Shown: positions 7,558 to 18,716 of the stretch, piece after piece
Position numbering within the stretch: the first letter of the stretch is position 1
Layout of the letters: each line of letters starts with the position of its first letter
Source of the DNA: an uncultured Lachnospiraceae bacterium
GTDB lineage: Bacteria; Bacillota; Clostridia; Oscillospirales; CAG-272
DNA: 39,534 nt
Reading direction: 5' to 3'
Assembly (NCBI GenBank): GCA_964466545.1
Contig: CAYXNQ010000002.1
Location: 1-39,534 of the forward strand
The notes under the pieces: generated by a model
Database searches by the model: none
Told to the model about the DNA's origin: nothing
What the model saw: only the letters and a program-made list of their open reading frames with translations
Program-made: the position numbers and the translations under genes

Positions 7558-10500
7558 ATGCCGAAAAGAACAGATATTAAAAAGGTATTGGTTATTGGCT
7601 CGGGTCCGATCGTTATCGGTCAGGCGGCTGAATTTGATTATGCCGACACGCAGGCATGTCTCGCGCTAAAAGAAGAAGGGTACGAAGTTGTACTTGTAAA
7701 CTCCAATCCGGCAACTATCATGACGGATACCACAATTGCCGATAAAGTATATATGGAGCCGCTCACGCTGGAATATGTGGCTAAAATAATCAGATTTGAA
7801 CGTCCGGACGCTGTAATCCCGAATTTAGGCGGACAGACGGGTCTGAATCTTGCAATGCAGCTTTCCAAAAAAGGTATTCTTGACGAGTGTCAAGTGGAGC
7901 TTCTCGGTACATCGTGCGAGAGTATTGAGCTTGCGGAGGACAGAGAAAAATTCAAAGAGCTTTGCGAAAGCATCGGCGAGCCTGTTCTCCCTTCCGTTAT
8001 TACATATTCAGTTGAAGAAGCGATAGAAGCGGCAAAAGCTATTACATATCCTGTTGTTTTGAGGCCCGCCTTTACGCTCGGCGGTACAGGCGGTGGATTC
8101 GCGGATAACGAGGAAGAGCTTGTTGAACTTATGAAAAACGGACTTGCTCTTTCGCCCGTTCATCAGGTGCTTGTGGAAAAAAGTATACGCGGCTATAAAG
8201 AGATCGAATACGAGGTCATGAGAGACGCCAACGACACTGCAATTGCCGTCTGCAATATGGAAAACATCGACCCAGTCGGCATACATACCGGAGACTCGAT
8301 CGTTGTAGCACCTACGCAAACGCTTACCAGCAAAGAATGCAGTATGCTTCGCGAGAGCGCCATCAAGGTTATTCGCGCACTGAAGGTCGAAGGCGGATGC
8401 AATGTTCAGTTTGCTCTCGATCCTCATTCGCTTAAATATTATCTGATCGAAGTAAATCCCAGAGTTTCCCGTTCGTCTGCGCTTGCTTCAAAAGCGAGCG
8501 GATATCCGATAGCGCGCGTAACGGCGAAGGTATCCGTTGGTATGCACTTGGACGAGATAAAGCTTGCCAATACTCCGGCAAGCTTTGAGCCGGCGCTTGA
8601 TTACATCGTCACAAAAATGGCGCGATTCCCGTTTGATAAATTCAGATCAGCTTCAAACACACTCAGTACGCAGATGAAGGCGACCGGCGAGGTAATGAGC
8701 ATCGGAAGAACGCTCGAAGAAAGCTTCCTCAAAGCCGTAAGATCTCTCGAAATCGGTGTATCTCATATATACATGAAAAAATTCGACAATTATGAGACCG
8801 ATCAGCTTTTGAAATACATTGTCGATGGTAGAGACGACCGTTTGTATGCGCTTGCCGAGCTTATAAGACGAAATGTTGAACTCGATATTCTTTGCAACAT
8901 CACAAAGATAGATCAGCTCTTCCTGCAAAAGATTAAGAATATCGTTGACTTTGAAACAACGCTAAAAGATAATATCGGAAATGTCGAATATCTTTACAGA
9001 GCAAAGGTTATAGGATTTTCCGATAAATACATCGCAAAGCTCTGGAATATGACAGATGCCGATGTATTCTATATGCGAAAGAATAATTCGATATTCCCGT
9101 CGTATAAAATGATCGATACTTGCGCTGCCGAATTTGCAAGCTATGTTCCGTATCTTTACTCAACTTATGAGGACGAAAATGAATCGGTTGTCAGTGATAA
9201 GAAAAAGATACTTGTGCTCGGTTCCGGTCCGATCAGAATAGGTCAGGGAGTTGAGTTTGATTATTCGACTGTACATGCCGTAAAAACTATCAAAGAAAGC
9301 GGATATGAAGCTATCATCATAAATAACAATCCGGAGACTGTGTCTACAGATTATACCGTAAGCGATAAGCTTTACTTTGAGCCGCTCACCGTTGAAGATG
9401 TAATGAATGTCGTTGAGCTTGAAAAGCCATACGGTGTTATTGCATCACTCGGCGGTCAGACAGCTATAAATCTTGCCGAGCCTCTCGGTAAGCTCGGCGT
9501 TAATATAATCGGCGCCGACGCCGAAGCGATCGAACGTGCGGAAAATCGTGACGCGTTTGAGAAGTTGCTTGTCCAGCTTGATATTCCTCAACCTAAGGGC
9601 CATGCGGTCACTAATATTGAAGATGGTGTAAAAGCGGCGGAGGAGATCGGATATCCTGTACTTGTTCGTCCCAGCTATGTACTTGGCGGACGCGCTATGC
9701 AGATCGTAACAAACGAGAGCCAGCTTCGTCAGTATCTCCGTAGCGCCGTTGAAGTAAACGAAGATCAGCCGGTTCTTGTCGATAAGTATATTTTCGGTAA
9801 AGAGCTTGAAGTCGACGCAGTCTGCGACGGAACGGATGTATTTGTTCCCGGAATAATGGAGCATGTCGAAAGAACCGGTATCCATTCGGGTGACAGTATT
9901 AGCGTATATCCCACATTCAGCGTATCTAATAAAGCTAAGCAAACGATACTTGATTATACAAAACGTCTCGGTCTCGGCATTAATATAGTCGGTCTCTATA
10001 ATATCCAGTTTATAGTTGACAAAAACGAAAACGTGTATATAATCGAAGTAAATCCGCGTTCATCGCGTACCGTGCCGTTTTTGTCGAAGGCTACGGGATA
10101 TCCGATTGCCGATATTGCTACGCTCGCAATTCTCGGTAAATCTCTGAAAGAGCAGGGCTATACCAGCATTTACCCACCGGAAAGACAGCGTTGGTATGTA
10201 AAAGCACCCGCGTTCTCGTTCTCTAAACTTAGGGGATTGGACGCATATCTCTCGCCTGAAATGAAATCAACCGGCGAGGCTATTGGCTACGACAATACTT
10301 TGACTCGCGCTTTATATAAGGCTCTGCGTTCTTCCGGAATGAACGTAATGAATTACGGAACGTTACTTGTTACTATAGCAGACTGTGATAAAGAGGAAGC
10401 GCTTCCGCTGATACGCAGATTTTACCGTCTCGGATTTAACATTGAGGCAACCTCCGGCACAGCAAAGTATCTAAAGGAACATGGAATCAGAACGCGAGTA

Positions 10501-10737
10501 CGCGCTAAGATAAGCGAGGGCAGTGATGAGATCCTCAGCTCGATACGTCAGGGACACGTCACCTATGTCATAAATACGCGCGATATCGGTTCATCCGATC
10601 AGATAAGCGACGGGTTCGAAATAAGACAGTGCGCGGTCGAGAATAATGTTACCATGTTCACCGCTCTTGATACAGTTAGAGTTTTACTCGATGTTCTTGA
10701 GGAAACAACGCTCTGTATATCGACGATCGATTCATGA
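7558..10737 (+). CDS. carB: Carbamoyl-phosphate synthase large subunit
   Basis: A 1059-aa protein with duplicated ATP-grasp halves ([17 protein letters not shown] and [17 protein letters not shown]; [17 protein letters not shown] and [17 protein letters not shown]). The C-terminus has an MGS-like allosteric domain. Confidence 0.95.
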   Translation: MPKRTDIKKVLVIGSGPIVIGQAAEFDYADTQACLALKEEGYEVVLVNSNPATIMTDTTIADKVYMEPLTLEYVAKIIRFERPDAVIPNLGGQTGLNLAMQLSKKGILDECQVELLGTSCESIELAEDREKFKELCESIGEPVLPSVITYSVEEAIEAAKAITYPVVLRPAFTLGGTGGGFADNEEELVELMKNGLALSPVHQVLVEKSIRGYKEIEYEVMRDANDTAIAVCNMENIDPVGIHTGDSIVVAPTQTLTSKECSMLRESAIKVIRALKVEGGCNVQFALDPHSLKYYLIEVNPRVSRSSALASKASGYPIARVTAKVSVGMHLDEIKLANTPASFEPALDYIVTKMARFPFDKFRSASNTLSTQMKATGEVMSIGRTLEESFLKAVRSLEIGVSHIYMKKFDNYETDQLLKYIVDGRDDRLYALAELIRRNVELDILCNITKIDQLFLQKIKNIVDFETTLKDNIGNVEYLYRAKVIGFSDKYIAKLWNMTDADVFYMRKNNSIFPSYKMIDTCAAEFASYVPYLYSTYEDENESVVSDKKKILVLGSGPIRIGQGVEFDYSTVHAVKTIKESGYEAIIINNNPETVSTDYTVSDKLYFEPLTVEDVMNVVELEKPYGVIASLGGQTAINLAEPLGKLGVNIIGADAEAIERAENRDAFEKLLVQLDIPQPKGHAVTNIEDGVKAAEEIGYPVLVRPSYVLGGRAMQIVTNESQLRQYLRSAVEVNEDQPVLVDKYIFGKELEVDAVCDGTDVFVPGIMEHVERTGIHSGDSISVYPTFSVSNKAKQTILDYTKRLGLGINIVGLYNIQFIVDKNENVYIIEVNPRSSRTVPFLSKATGYPIADIATLAILGKSLKEQGYTSIYPPERQRWYVKAPAFSFSKLRGLDAYLSPEMKSTGEAIGYDNTLTRALYKALRSSGMNVMNYGTLLVTIADCDKEEALPLIRRFYRLGFNIEATSGTAKYLKEHGIRTRVRAKISEGSDEILSSIRQGHVTYVINTRDIGSSDQISDGFEIRQCAVENNVTMFTALDTVRVLLDVLEETTLCISTIDS

Positions 10738-11474
10738 CTATGGCAAAGAATGTAATACTTACCTTGATTGAAAATTACGAGATCGCAAGCAATGTGTATA
10801 AAATGAAGCTTACGGGCGATGTATCTGCAATAGCTGCTCCTGGGCAATTTGTTAATATTAAGCTCAGCGGGCTATATCTCAGAAGACCGATCTCGGTGTG
10901 TGATCTAAACGGCGATGTTTTGACGCTTATCTATAAAGTCGTCGGAAAGGGAACTCGCGCAATGGCGACGCTTTCCGACAGTGAAAACCTTGACGTGCTT
11001 GTCGGGCTTGGCAACGGATATGATATTTCGAAATCCGGTCCTACGCCGCTGCTTATCGGCGGCGGTGTAGGCGTGCCACCTCTTTATTATCTCGCCCGAA
11101 CGCTTATGGAAAACGGAAGGACTCCAAGCGTCGTTCTCGGATTTAACTCAATAAACGATGTAATTTTATATGAAGAATTCAAAGCATTAGGACTTGATAC
11201 TGCAGTAGCGACGGCTGACGGTACTTTCGGTCAGCGCGGATTTGTGACCGATGTCTTGCCCAATTCCGATTATTCTTACGTATTTACCTGCGGTCCTGAG
11301 CCTATGCTTAAAGCCGTATATAATAAAACAACCGTTGGCGGACAGTACAGCTTTGAAGAACGAATGGGGTGCGGATTCGGTGCTTGCATGGGTTGCACCT
11401 GCGAAACAAAATACGGTTCTAAACGCATATGTAAAGACGGCCCTGTGCTTGAAAAAGAGGAGATCATATGGTAA
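10734..11474 (+). CDS. pyrK: Dihydroorotate dehydrogenase B electron-transfer (FAD/2Fe-2S) subunit
   Basis: ATGA overlap with the carB stop. RRPISV flavin motif. C-terminal cluster [11 protein letters not shown]...ICKDGPV. Confidence 0.9.
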   Translation: MTMAKNVILTLIENYEIASNVYKMKLTGDVSAIAAPGQFVNIKLSGLYLRRPISVCDLNGDVLTLIYKVVGKGTRAMATLSDSENLDVLVGLGNGYDISKSGPTPLLIGGGVGVPPLYYLARTLMENGRTPSVVLGFNSINDVILYEEFKALGLDTAVATADGTFGQRGFVTDVLPNSDYSYVFTCGPEPMLKAVYNKTTVGGQYSFEERMGCGFGACMGCTCETKYGSKRICKDGPVLEKEEIIW

Positions 11475-12379
11475 ATACTGCTGTTGAGCTTTCCGGAATC
11501 AAGCTTGAAAATCCTATAATTCCCGCAAGCGGTACATTCGGATACGGCGAAGAATTTGCCGAATTTTACGATCTGAATATTCTCGGCTCGATATCGATCA
11601 AAGGTACGACGGTCAATCCAAGATTTGGAAATCCGACGCCGCGTATAGCGGAATGTACCGAAGGAATGATAAATTCCGTCGGCTTGCAAAATCCCGGCGT
11701 CGATCACGTGTTGAAAGAAGAACTTCCGCGTCTTGCCAAGCTTTTTCATAAGCCGGTAGTTGCCAATGTTAGCGGATTTTCGATCGACGAATATATAACT
11801 ATGTCCGAAAAAATTTCAGATGCCGATAACGTCGGAATAATTGAAGTCAATATCAGTTGCCCCAACGTTCACAGCGGCGGTATGAGCTTTGGTGTTTCGC
11901 CTGAATCGGCGGCTGAAGTGACAAAAGCTGTGAAAGCTCATACCAAGAAGCCTGTATATATGAAGCTTTCGCCGAATGTTACCGATATTGCTACTATAGC
12001 GCGCGCGTGCGAAAAGGCCGGAGCAGACGGCATAAGCTTAATTAATACACTCCTCGGTATGCGAATAGATCTGAAAAAACGCAAGCCGATAATCGCGAAT
12101 AAAGTCGGAGGTTTTTCCGGACGTGCAATTTTACCGGTAGCGCTCGGAATGGTTTATCGAGTTTATGATGCTGTCGACATACCTATTATCGGAGGCGGCG
12201 GAGTCTCAAGCGCCGAAGACGCCATTGAAATGATGCTGGCAGGAGCTTCAGCTGTTGAGGTCGGCGCCGAAAATCTTATAAATCCTTTTGCTTGCCGCGA
12301 TATTATCGCAAGTTTGCCCGAAAAAATGGCGGAGCTTTCTATAACAGACCTATCGTCTATTGTCGGTGCCGCGCACTGA
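11468..12379 (+). CDS. pyrD: Dihydroorotate dehydrogenase, class 1B catalytic subunit
   Basis: GAGGAG RBS. Motifs IPASGTFGYG and VNISCPNV (catalytic Cys). 7-nt overlap with pyrK. Confidence 0.92.
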   Translation: MVNTAVELSGIKLENPIIPASGTFGYGEEFAEFYDLNILGSISIKGTTVNPRFGNPTPRIAECTEGMINSVGLQNPGVDHVLKEELPRLAKLFHKPVVANVSGFSIDEYITMSEKISDADNVGIIEVNISCPNVHSGGMSFGVSPESAAEVTKAVKAHTKKPVYMKLSPNVTDIATIARACEKAGADGISLINTLLGMRIDLKKRKPIIANKVGGFSGRAILPVALGMVYRVYDAVDIPIIGGGGVSSAEDAIEMMLAGASAVEVGAENLINPFACRDIIASLPEKMAELSITDLSSIVGAAH

Positions 12380-12412
12380 CAGAACAATATTAATGTGAAA
12401 GGCGGAAAATTT

Positions 12413-13108
12413 ATGGATCGCGATGTTGTGATTGCATGTGATTTCCCTACAAAAAACGAATTATTTGAATTCCTGTCAAAGCTGGGCAATGAGAAGCCGT
12501 ATTTGAAGATCGGTATGGAAATGTACTATGCCGAAGGCGCCCAGATCATTTATAAGCTCAAAAGCTTGGGCTTTAAGATATTTCTTGATCTTAAGCTTCA
12601 TGACATTCCGAATACGGTAAAAAGCGCGATGAAAGTTTTAGCATCTCTTGATATTGATATGTGCAATGTCCATGCGGCTGGCGGAATTAAAATGATGAGC
12701 GCTGCGGCAGAAGGCTTGACAAAACCGGACGGTTCTCGCGCTAAGTTGATCGCGGTCACGCAGTTGACTTCAACATCACAGGAAATGCTGAGCGATGAGC
12801 TTATGATAAATATGCCCGTCCTTGATTGCGTATTGAAGTATGCCGAAAATGTGAAGAATGCCGGACTTGACGGAGTTGTTTGTTCTCCGCTCGAAGCGGG
12901 AAGTGTAAAAGAACGTTGCGGAAGTGATTTTATTGCGCTTACGCCTGGCATAAGATTTGCCGGTGGAGATAACGACGATCAGTCAAGAGTAACTACGCCC
13001 GCAAAGGCTAAAGAGCTTGGCTCCGACTATATCGTTGTCGGCAGACCTATCACCAGAGCGGCAGATCCGCTTGGGGCATACTTAAAATGTGTTAAAGATT
13101 TCATATAA
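12413..13108 (+). CDS. pyrF: Orotidine 5'-phosphate decarboxylase
   Basis: ATG 12413 lies 7 nt after AAAGGCGGA; the GTG at 12395 is less likely. Motifs DLKLHDIPNT and IVVGRPI. Confidence 0.9.
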   Translation: MDRDVVIACDFPTKNELFEFLSKLGNEKPYLKIGMEMYYAEGAQIIYKLKSLGFKIFLDLKLHDIPNTVKSAMKVLASLDIDMCNVHAAGGIKMMSAAAEGLTKPDGSRAKLIAVTQLTSTSQEMLSDELMINMPVLDCVLKYAENVKNAGLDGVVCSPLEAGSVKERCGSDFIALTPGIRFAGGDNDDQSRVTTPAKAKELGSDYIVVGRPITRAADPLGAYLKCVKDFI

Positions 13109-13123
13109 CGGAGGTCATATCAG

Positions 13124-13759
13124 ATGATAAAACATGAAGTAGCAAAGCATTTGCTTTCGATCGGTGCCGTTTTCTTGCGCCCCGATGAACCTTTCACTTG
13201 GGCAAGCGGCATAAAGAGTCCTATTTATTGCGACAACAGATTGATACTCACAGCTCCCGAAGCTCGTACAACGGTTGAAGCTGCAATTGCGGATACTGTA
13301 AAACGGGAATATCCGGAATGTGAGAAGCTTATGGGAACAAGCACCGCCGGTATAGCTCACGCGGCTATTGCGGCGCATATGCTCGGCCTGCCTATGGGAT
13401 ATGTACGCGGTAGCGCGAAGGATCATGGAAGACAGAATAGAGTTGAGGGAAAGCTAAACGCAGGCGATAAGGTTGTTGTTATCGAAGATTTGATCTCGAC
13501 CGGCGGAAGCGTTATAGACGTTGTCGAAGCACTGCGCGAAGCCGGTGCGGAAGTTCTTGGCATTGTAAGTATATTTACATACGGTATGCAGCGCGGTCTC
13601 GATAGATTGTCTGCAGCAAATGTCAAAAACGTGAGCGTGACAGATTTTGATACTGTTATCGAAGTTGCAATTGAAAATGGGTATATTTCGCCGGCTGATA
13701 AAGAACGCTTAATCAGCTTCAGAAATAATCCGTCCGACGAAAGCTGGATCAACAAATAA
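13124..13759 (+). CDS. pyrE: Orotate phosphoribosyltransferase
   Basis: ACGGAGG RBS. PRPP-binding loop [13 protein letters not shown]. Confidence 0.9.
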   Translation: MIKHEVAKHLLSIGAVFLRPDEPFTWASGIKSPIYCDNRLILTAPEARTTVEAAIADTVKREYPECEKLMGTSTAGIAHAAIAAHMLGLPMGYVRGSAKDHGRQNRVEGKLNAGDKVVVIEDLISTGGSVIDVVEALREAGAEVLGIVSIFTYGMQRGLDRLSAANVKNVSVTDFDTVIEVAIENGYISPADKERLISFRNNPSDESWINK

Positions 13760-13770
13760 TCGGTGATGTA

Positions 13771-14685
13771 ATGAGACATTTAATAGATATAATGGATCTC
13801 ACAACAGATGAGATCGACGGCTTGATCACGACTGCCTTTGATATCATTAATTCGCCCGAAAAATATCGCGACATATGCAAATACAAAAAATTGGCTACGC
13901 TATTTTTTGAACCTTCAACTCGAACCCGCCTCAGCTTTGAAGCCGCTATGCTGGAGCTTGGCGGCAGTGTTATCGGATTTTCCGAAGCATCAAGCAGCTC
14001 GGCTTCAAAAGGAGAGACGGTGACCGACACTGTTAGAGTAGTGGGAAATTATGTCGATATCATAGCAATGAGGCATCCTAAGGAAGGCGCACCGTTTGCC
14101 GCGTCTATGAAATCACCCGTTCCGATAATTAACGCGGGCGACGGCGGTCATAATCATCCTACTCAAACTCTTGCGGATCTGCTGACGATCAAAGCTGAAA
14201 AGGGAAGATTACACGACCTCACCATTGGACTTTGCGGTGATCTGAAATTCGGACGTACAGTCCATTCGCTGATATCCGCTATGTCGCGTTACAGTGGAAT
14301 CAAGTTTATTCTAATTTCACCGGATGAACTGAAGGTGCCGGATTACGTAATCGAAAAGCTCAAGGCCGCAAATATTCAATATGTGGAAACGCGCGATCTT
14401 CTCGAATATATGCCTGAGCTTGATGTTTTGTATATGACGCGGGTGCAGCAAGAACGTTTTTTCAACGAAGCAGACTATATACGGCTTAAAGACAGCTACG
14501 TTTTGACCGAAGAAAAACTGCATACAGCCAAAGCGTCGCTTTCGATACTTCATCCGTTGCCGCGCGTTAACGAGATATCTGTTGAGATCGACGATGATCC
14601 TCGCGCTTGTTATTTTAAGCAAACACGTTACGGAAAATATATCCGCGAAGCACTTATTCTTAAGCTTCTCGGCATACAGGAGTAA
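13771..14685 (+). CDS. pyrB: Aspartate carbamoyltransferase catalytic subunit
   Basis: Motifs [20 protein letters not shown] and HPLPRV. Confidence 0.93.
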   Translation: MRHLIDIMDLTTDEIDGLITTAFDIINSPEKYRDICKYKKLATLFFEPSTRTRLSFEAAMLELGGSVIGFSEASSSSASKGETVTDTVRVVGNYVDIIAMRHPKEGAPFAASMKSPVPIINAGDGGHNHPTQTLADLLTIKAEKGRLHDLTIGLCGDLKFGRTVHSLISAMSRYSGIKFILISPDELKVPDYVIEKLKAANIQYVETRDLLEYMPELDVLYMTRVQQERFFNEADYIRLKDSYVLTEEKLHTAKASLSILHPLPRVNEISVEIDDDPRACYFKQTRYGKYIREALILKLLGIQE

Positions 14686-14690
14686 TCGGT

Positions 14691-15116
14691 ATGAATATTG
14701 ATTCAATAAAAAACGGTATTGTCATTGATCACATAAAATCCGGTGGCGCGATGCAAATATACAAGCTCCTCAATTTTGAGGCACTTGACTGCCAGATTGC
14801 GATTATAAAAAATGCTAACAGTCGTAAGATGGGCAAAAAAGATATAATTAAAATCGACGCGAAAATTGATATTGATTTTATGACTCTCGGATATCTTGAT
14901 CCCAATATTACCGTAAATACGATTGTAGACGGCAAGATTGTTGAAAAATGCCACCCGAATCTTCCTGCACGAATGGTAAACGTTATCACCTGCAAAAATC
15001 CGCGTTGTATCACGTCAGTTGAGACGCAACTCGATCAGATTTTTGAACTTGCGGACCGTGAGAAGCGCATTTACAGATGCATTTACTGCGAAACAAAAGC
15101 AAATCATAATTTATAA
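14691..15116 (+). CDS. pyrI: Aspartate carbamoyltransferase regulatory subunit
   Basis: A 141-aa protein with N-terminal IKNGIVIDHI and a C-terminal zinc domain (CKNPRC...YRCIYCE). Confidence 0.9.
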   Translation: MNIDSIKNGIVIDHIKSGGAMQIYKLLNFEALDCQIAIIKNANSRKMGKKDIIKIDAKIDIDFMTLGYLDPNITVNTIVDGKIVEKCHPNLPARMVNVITCKNPRCITSVETQLDQIFELADREKRIYRCIYCETKANHNL

Positions 15117-15134
15117 TTTTTGTTGAGGTATATT

Positions 15135-15845
15135 ATGGAAATCAAAGAAATGATCTATGAAGGCAAAGCAAAGCGCGTTTATAAGACTGACGATGACAAC
15201 TATTTCGTTGTGTCCTATAAGGATGACGCTACCGCATTCAACGGACTTAAAAAAGGCACTATAATGGGAAAAGGCGCTATCAACAATCGCGTTACAAATT
15301 ATCTGATGCAGATGCTTGAAAAGAATGGTGTGCCCACTCACTTTGTTAAAGAACTTAACGACCGTGAGACTGTCGTTCGCCACGTAAAGATCGTTCCTCT
15401 CGAAGTTATCGTGCGTAATATAGCCGCCGGTTCTCTCGCAAAACGTCTCGGCGTTGAAGAGGGAACGCCCATGAAGAGTACGGTTATCGAATATTGCTAT
15501 AAGGATGACGCTCTCGGCGACCCTATGGTAAATGAGTATCACATTAATGCAATGGGCTGGGCTACAAAAGAAGAGGTTGCCCTGATTGCCGAATATTCAT
15601 TGAAGATCAACAAAATACTTTCTGAATATCTCGATGAATGTAATATTCAATTGATCGATTTTAAGCTTGAGTTCGGAAGAACCCCGGACGGTAAGATTAT
15701 TCTTGCCGATGAGATATCTCCGGATACTTGCAGATTCTGGGACAAAACCACCCACGAAAAGCTTGACAAGGACCGCTTCAGACGTGATCTCGGAGGCGTC
15801 GAAGACGCATATAACGAGATACTCAAAAGACTTCTCGGTGAATAA
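15135..15845 (+). CDS. purC: Phosphoribosylaminoimidazole-succinocarboxamide (SAICAR) synthase
   Basis: ATG 15135 lies 6 nt after GAGG. Motifs [34 protein letters not shown]. It starts only 18 nt after the pyrI stop. Confidence 0.92.
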   Translation: MEIKEMIYEGKAKRVYKTDDDNYFVVSYKDDATAFNGLKKGTIMGKGAINNRVTNYLMQMLEKNGVPTHFVKELNDRETVVRHVKIVPLEVIVRNIAAGSLAKRLGVEEGTPMKSTVIEYCYKDDALGDPMVNEYHINAMGWATKEEVALIAEYSLKINKILSEYLDECNIQLIDFKLEFGRTPDGKIILADEISPDTCRFWDKTTHEKLDKDRFRRDLGGVEDAYNEILKRLLGE

Positions 15846-15854
15846 CTGCACAGC

Positions 15855-15886
15855 AGCGCCCGATATTGCAAAGAATATCGGGCGCT
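15855..15886. terminator. Bidirectional rho-independent terminator between convergent purC and spoIVA
   Basis: A 13-bp perfect stem: AGCGCCCGATATT (15855-15867) pairs with AATATCGGGCGCT (15874-15886). Confidence 0.85.
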
Positions 15887-15892
15887 GTTCCG

Positions 15893-17392
15893 TTATAGCA
15901 AAATGCAGATCAATCCACTGCTACCGTCATTGATGATTTTTCCGAGCGTTTCGGAAATTTTCTGTCGTGCATCATAGGGCATATGCTCCAGCTTTGCGTG
16001 CAACCCTTCATTGATCAGCTCATAAAGCGATTTTCCAAATAGATTTGATTCCCAAAGCTTTGAAGGGTCATCGCTGAAGTCTGCAAGAAGTGATTTGATG
16101 AGTTCTTCGGATTGAGCCTCGCTTCCAACGATCGGATTTATTTCAGTGTTGATCGAGGCGCGGATCAAGTGGATCGATGGAGCTGTTGCGCGTAGCTTTA
16201 CGCCGTAACCGCCGCTTCCTTTTATGATCTCCGGTTCGTCAAGCGCAAGATCGTGAATTCCCGGCATAACGATGCCGTATCCGTGTTCATTAAGCTCGTT
16301 AAGAGCGTCGGAATATTTTTCCCACTCGCGTTTGATCTCCGTAAGCTCTCGGAGAATTGAAATTAGTTCTTTTTCGCCTGTTATATTGATACCTGTAAAC
16401 TCACCGATTATTGTGTAATACAAAGACGCGGGAAATTCGAGCCGGACAATACATTTTCCGCTGCCCATATCGACATTTACTTTGCTTGTTACACTTTTGC
16501 TCACACCAACATTTTTACCGATCACCGCTCCAAAGCTTTCCGCGAACAAAGCGTGTGTCTCGCCGATCTTATGGCACTTTTCGGCGCAATCGATCGCCGC
16601 TTGCGTAATTGCCTTTTTCAGCCAATGATCGCCGTCCAGCGCTGCACACCATTCCGGCAACTCTATCCTTAATTCGCGAATCGGAAATTCATCGAGGATC
16701 ATTTTCATAATATGATTTATGTCCGTAAGATCAAGCTCTGTGCAATTCACGAGAGCGACAGGAGCGCGGTATTTTTCTTCTAATTCTAACGCTAACCGTT
16801 CCGATCTTTCGTTTTCCGGATCGGCTGAATTTAAAATTACGGCAAACGGCTTTCCGATCATGTGTAATTCATCAGCGATTCGTGCTTCGGCATCTGCAAA
16901 ATTCTCTCTGGGAATATCACCGTAACTGCCGTCTGACGTAACGAGCATACCGATCGTTGAATGTTCAGTTATTACGCGCTTTGTTCCAATTTCCGCGGCC
17001 GCTTCAAAGGCAATAGGTTCCTCGGACCATGGAGTGTTTACCATTCTTACCGCGCCGTTTTCAGTGTTTCCGAGAGCGTCCGGCACAAGATATCCAACAC
17101 AGTCGATCATCCTTACCTTTGCTTCGATTCCGTCATCTGTCTTTATGGTGACCGCTTCATCGGGGATGAATTTCGGCTCTGTCGTCATGACGGTTTTACC
17201 GCCGGCACTTTGCGGCAATTCATCTCGTGCGCGCATTTTATCGTTTTCATCTGATATATTGGGAATGACAGCGCTTTCCATAAATCGCTTGATAAATGTG
17301 GATTTTCCGGTCCTGACCGGTCCGACAACCCCTATGTAGATATCGCCGCCAGTTCGAGTTGCAATGTCATTGTAAATTTGAGCTTTGTCCAT
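15893..17392 (-). CDS. spoIVA: Stage IV sporulation protein A (spore-coat morphogenetic ATPase)
   Basis: N-terminus IYNDIATRTGGDIYIGVVGPVRTGKSTFIKRFM (Walker A). Length of about 500 aa. Conserved C-terminus ...GSSGLICILL. Confidence 0.95.
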   Translation of the reverse strand: MDKAQIYNDIATRTGGDIYIGVVGPVRTGKSTFIKRFMESAVIPNISDENDKMRARDELPQSAGGKTVMTTEPKFIPDEAVTIKTDDGIEAKVRMIDCVGYLVPDALGNTENGAVRMVNTPWSEEPIAFEAAAEIGTKRVITEHSTIGMLVTSDGSYGDIPRENFADAEARIADELHMIGKPFAVILNSADPENERSERLALELEEKYRAPVALVNCTELDLTDINHIMKMILDEFPIRELRIELPEWCAALDGDHWLKKAITQAAIDCAEKCHKIGETHALFAESFGAVIGKNVGVSKSVTSKVNVDMGSGKCIVRLEFPASLYYTIIGEFTGINITGEKELISILRELTEIKREWEKYSDALNELNEHGYGIVMPGIHDLALDEPEIIKGSGGYGVKLRATAPSIHLIRASINTEINPIVGSEAQSEELIKSLLADFSDDPSKLWESNLFGKSLYELINEGLHAKLEHMPYDARQKISETLGKIINDGSSGLICILL

Positions 17393-17436
17393 ATAAATAC
17401 CAGCCTTTCGGTTTAATTTTAACGCTTGACTGATAT

Positions 17437-17464
17437 ATTATATTTGGAATGTCAATTTATATGA
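17437..17464 (-). promoter_or_regulatory. Candidate sigmaE-type promoter for spoIVA
   Basis: The minus strand reads TCATATA-13 nt-AATATAAT. The remembered sigmaE consensus is (G/T)(A/C)ATA(A/T)(A/T) and CATACA(A/C)T. The -10 element ends about 44 nt before the ATG. Confidence 0.35.
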
Positions 17465-17495
17465 CAGTTATTAAACATCTCGGCGTAGATAATAC

Positions 17496-17525
17496 TAAAA
17501 ACCGGTAACACGATGTGCTACCGGC
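17496..17525 (-). terminator. Rho-independent terminator after serA
   Basis: On the minus strand, CCGGTAGCAC-ATC-GTGTTACCGG forms a 10-bp stem with one G-U pair. It is followed by TTTTT. Confidence 0.8.
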
Positions 17526-17546
17526 TTGTTTAGTAAGGCGATTAAA

Positions 17547-18704
17547 TTATTTAATTTTGATAACGCGGATAACGCCGGGAACGGAACTTAGCGAAGATAG
17601 CAATGCATCCGAAATGTCCGAGCCAAGCTCTGCTATTACCGCCGCTTTGCCTTCTTTAGTACCACTTGCAATATTTACGATGGAGTTACTGCCATTCTCT
17701 ATGGTAGCTGTTATCGCTGATATAATACATGGATCACTATTTCCGAGAACAACGATTCTGTGAGTCGGAGGACACTGTAGTGAAACAGACGGATAATTTA
17801 CGCTGTTCTTAATATTTCCACGTTCAATATAATCGCGAAGCTCGGAAACCGCCATAACTGCGCAATTATCTTCGCTTTCTTCGGTAGAAGCGCCTAAATG
17901 CGGAATAGTTAAAATTCCTGGAACGTTAATAGCTTCGGGGGTAGGAAAATCGGTAATATAACGAGTAATCTTACCGACCGACAGTGCAGATTTTACATCT
18001 TCTATGCAAACAAGATCCGCTCTCGAAAGATTTATGATTTTTACACCGTTTTTCATTTTAGAAATAGAAGCTGCGGAAATCATATTCTTGGTTTGCGGTG
18101 TAGCCGGTACATGTAAAGTGATATAATCAGATTTTTCAAATATCTCATCGTATGATGAAGCCAAGCAAACGTCAGGAGATAATCTCCAGGCTGCATTAAT
18201 GCTGAGGTATGGATCGTATCCCATAACATTCATACCAAGTGATACAGCGGCATTAGCGACCATGCCTCCGATCGCTCCTAAGCCAATAACGCCGAGCGTT
18301 TTGCCTTTTATTTCGCAACCGGAAAATTTGCTTTTTCCCGCCTCTACTTCTTTTGCCACATCACCGTTAAGAGTTTTCGTCCATTCTATGCCACCAACAA
18401 TATCACGTGACGTAAGAAACAGGGCGGCGATTGCAAGCTCCTTGACGCCGTTTGCGTTAGCTCCGGGCGTGTTAAAAACAACAATGCCTTTATCTGCATA
18501 TTCGTCTACCGGAATATTGTTAACGCCGGCACCGGCTCGAGCAACCGCTTTAAGAGATGAGGACACCGACATATCATGCATTTTTGCGGATCTTACCAAT
18601 ATAGCATCAGGGGCTTCACATTCCGTTGTTGCGTTGTACAGCTCGGATGGGAGATTATCTAAACCTACAGATGATATTTTATTCAGAAGCTTTATATTGT
18701 ACAT
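17547..18704 (-). CDS. serA: D-3-phosphoglycerate dehydrogenase (short form with a C-terminal ACT-like domain)
   Basis: NAD fold GVIGLGAIGGMVA and catalytic region TIPHLGASTEES. It sits adjacent to serC. Confidence 0.88.
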   Translation of the reverse strand: MYNIKLLNKISSVGLDNLPSELYNATTECEAPDAILVRSAKMHDMSVSSSLKAVARAGAGVNNIPVDEYADKGIVVFNTPGANANGVKELAIAALFLTSRDIVGGIEWTKTLNGDVAKEVEAGKSKFSGCEIKGKTLGVIGLGAIGGMVANAAVSLGMNVMGYDPYLSINAAWRLSPDVCLASSYDEIFEKSDYITLHVPATPQTKNMISAASISKMKNGVKIINLSRADLVCIEDVKSALSVGKITRYITDFPTPEAINVPGILTIPHLGASTEESEDNCAVMAVSELRDYIERGNIKNSVNYPSVSLQCPPTHRIVVLGNSDPCIISAITATIENGSNSIVNIASGTKEGKAAVIAELGSDISDALLSSLSSVPGVIRVIKIK

Positions 18705-18716
18705 TGAAATATCTCC

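Noticed and set aside
10605-10625. A tRNA T-arm-like GGTTCGAA motif
   Set aside because: It lies inside the carB reading frame. There is no acceptor or anticodon stem context.
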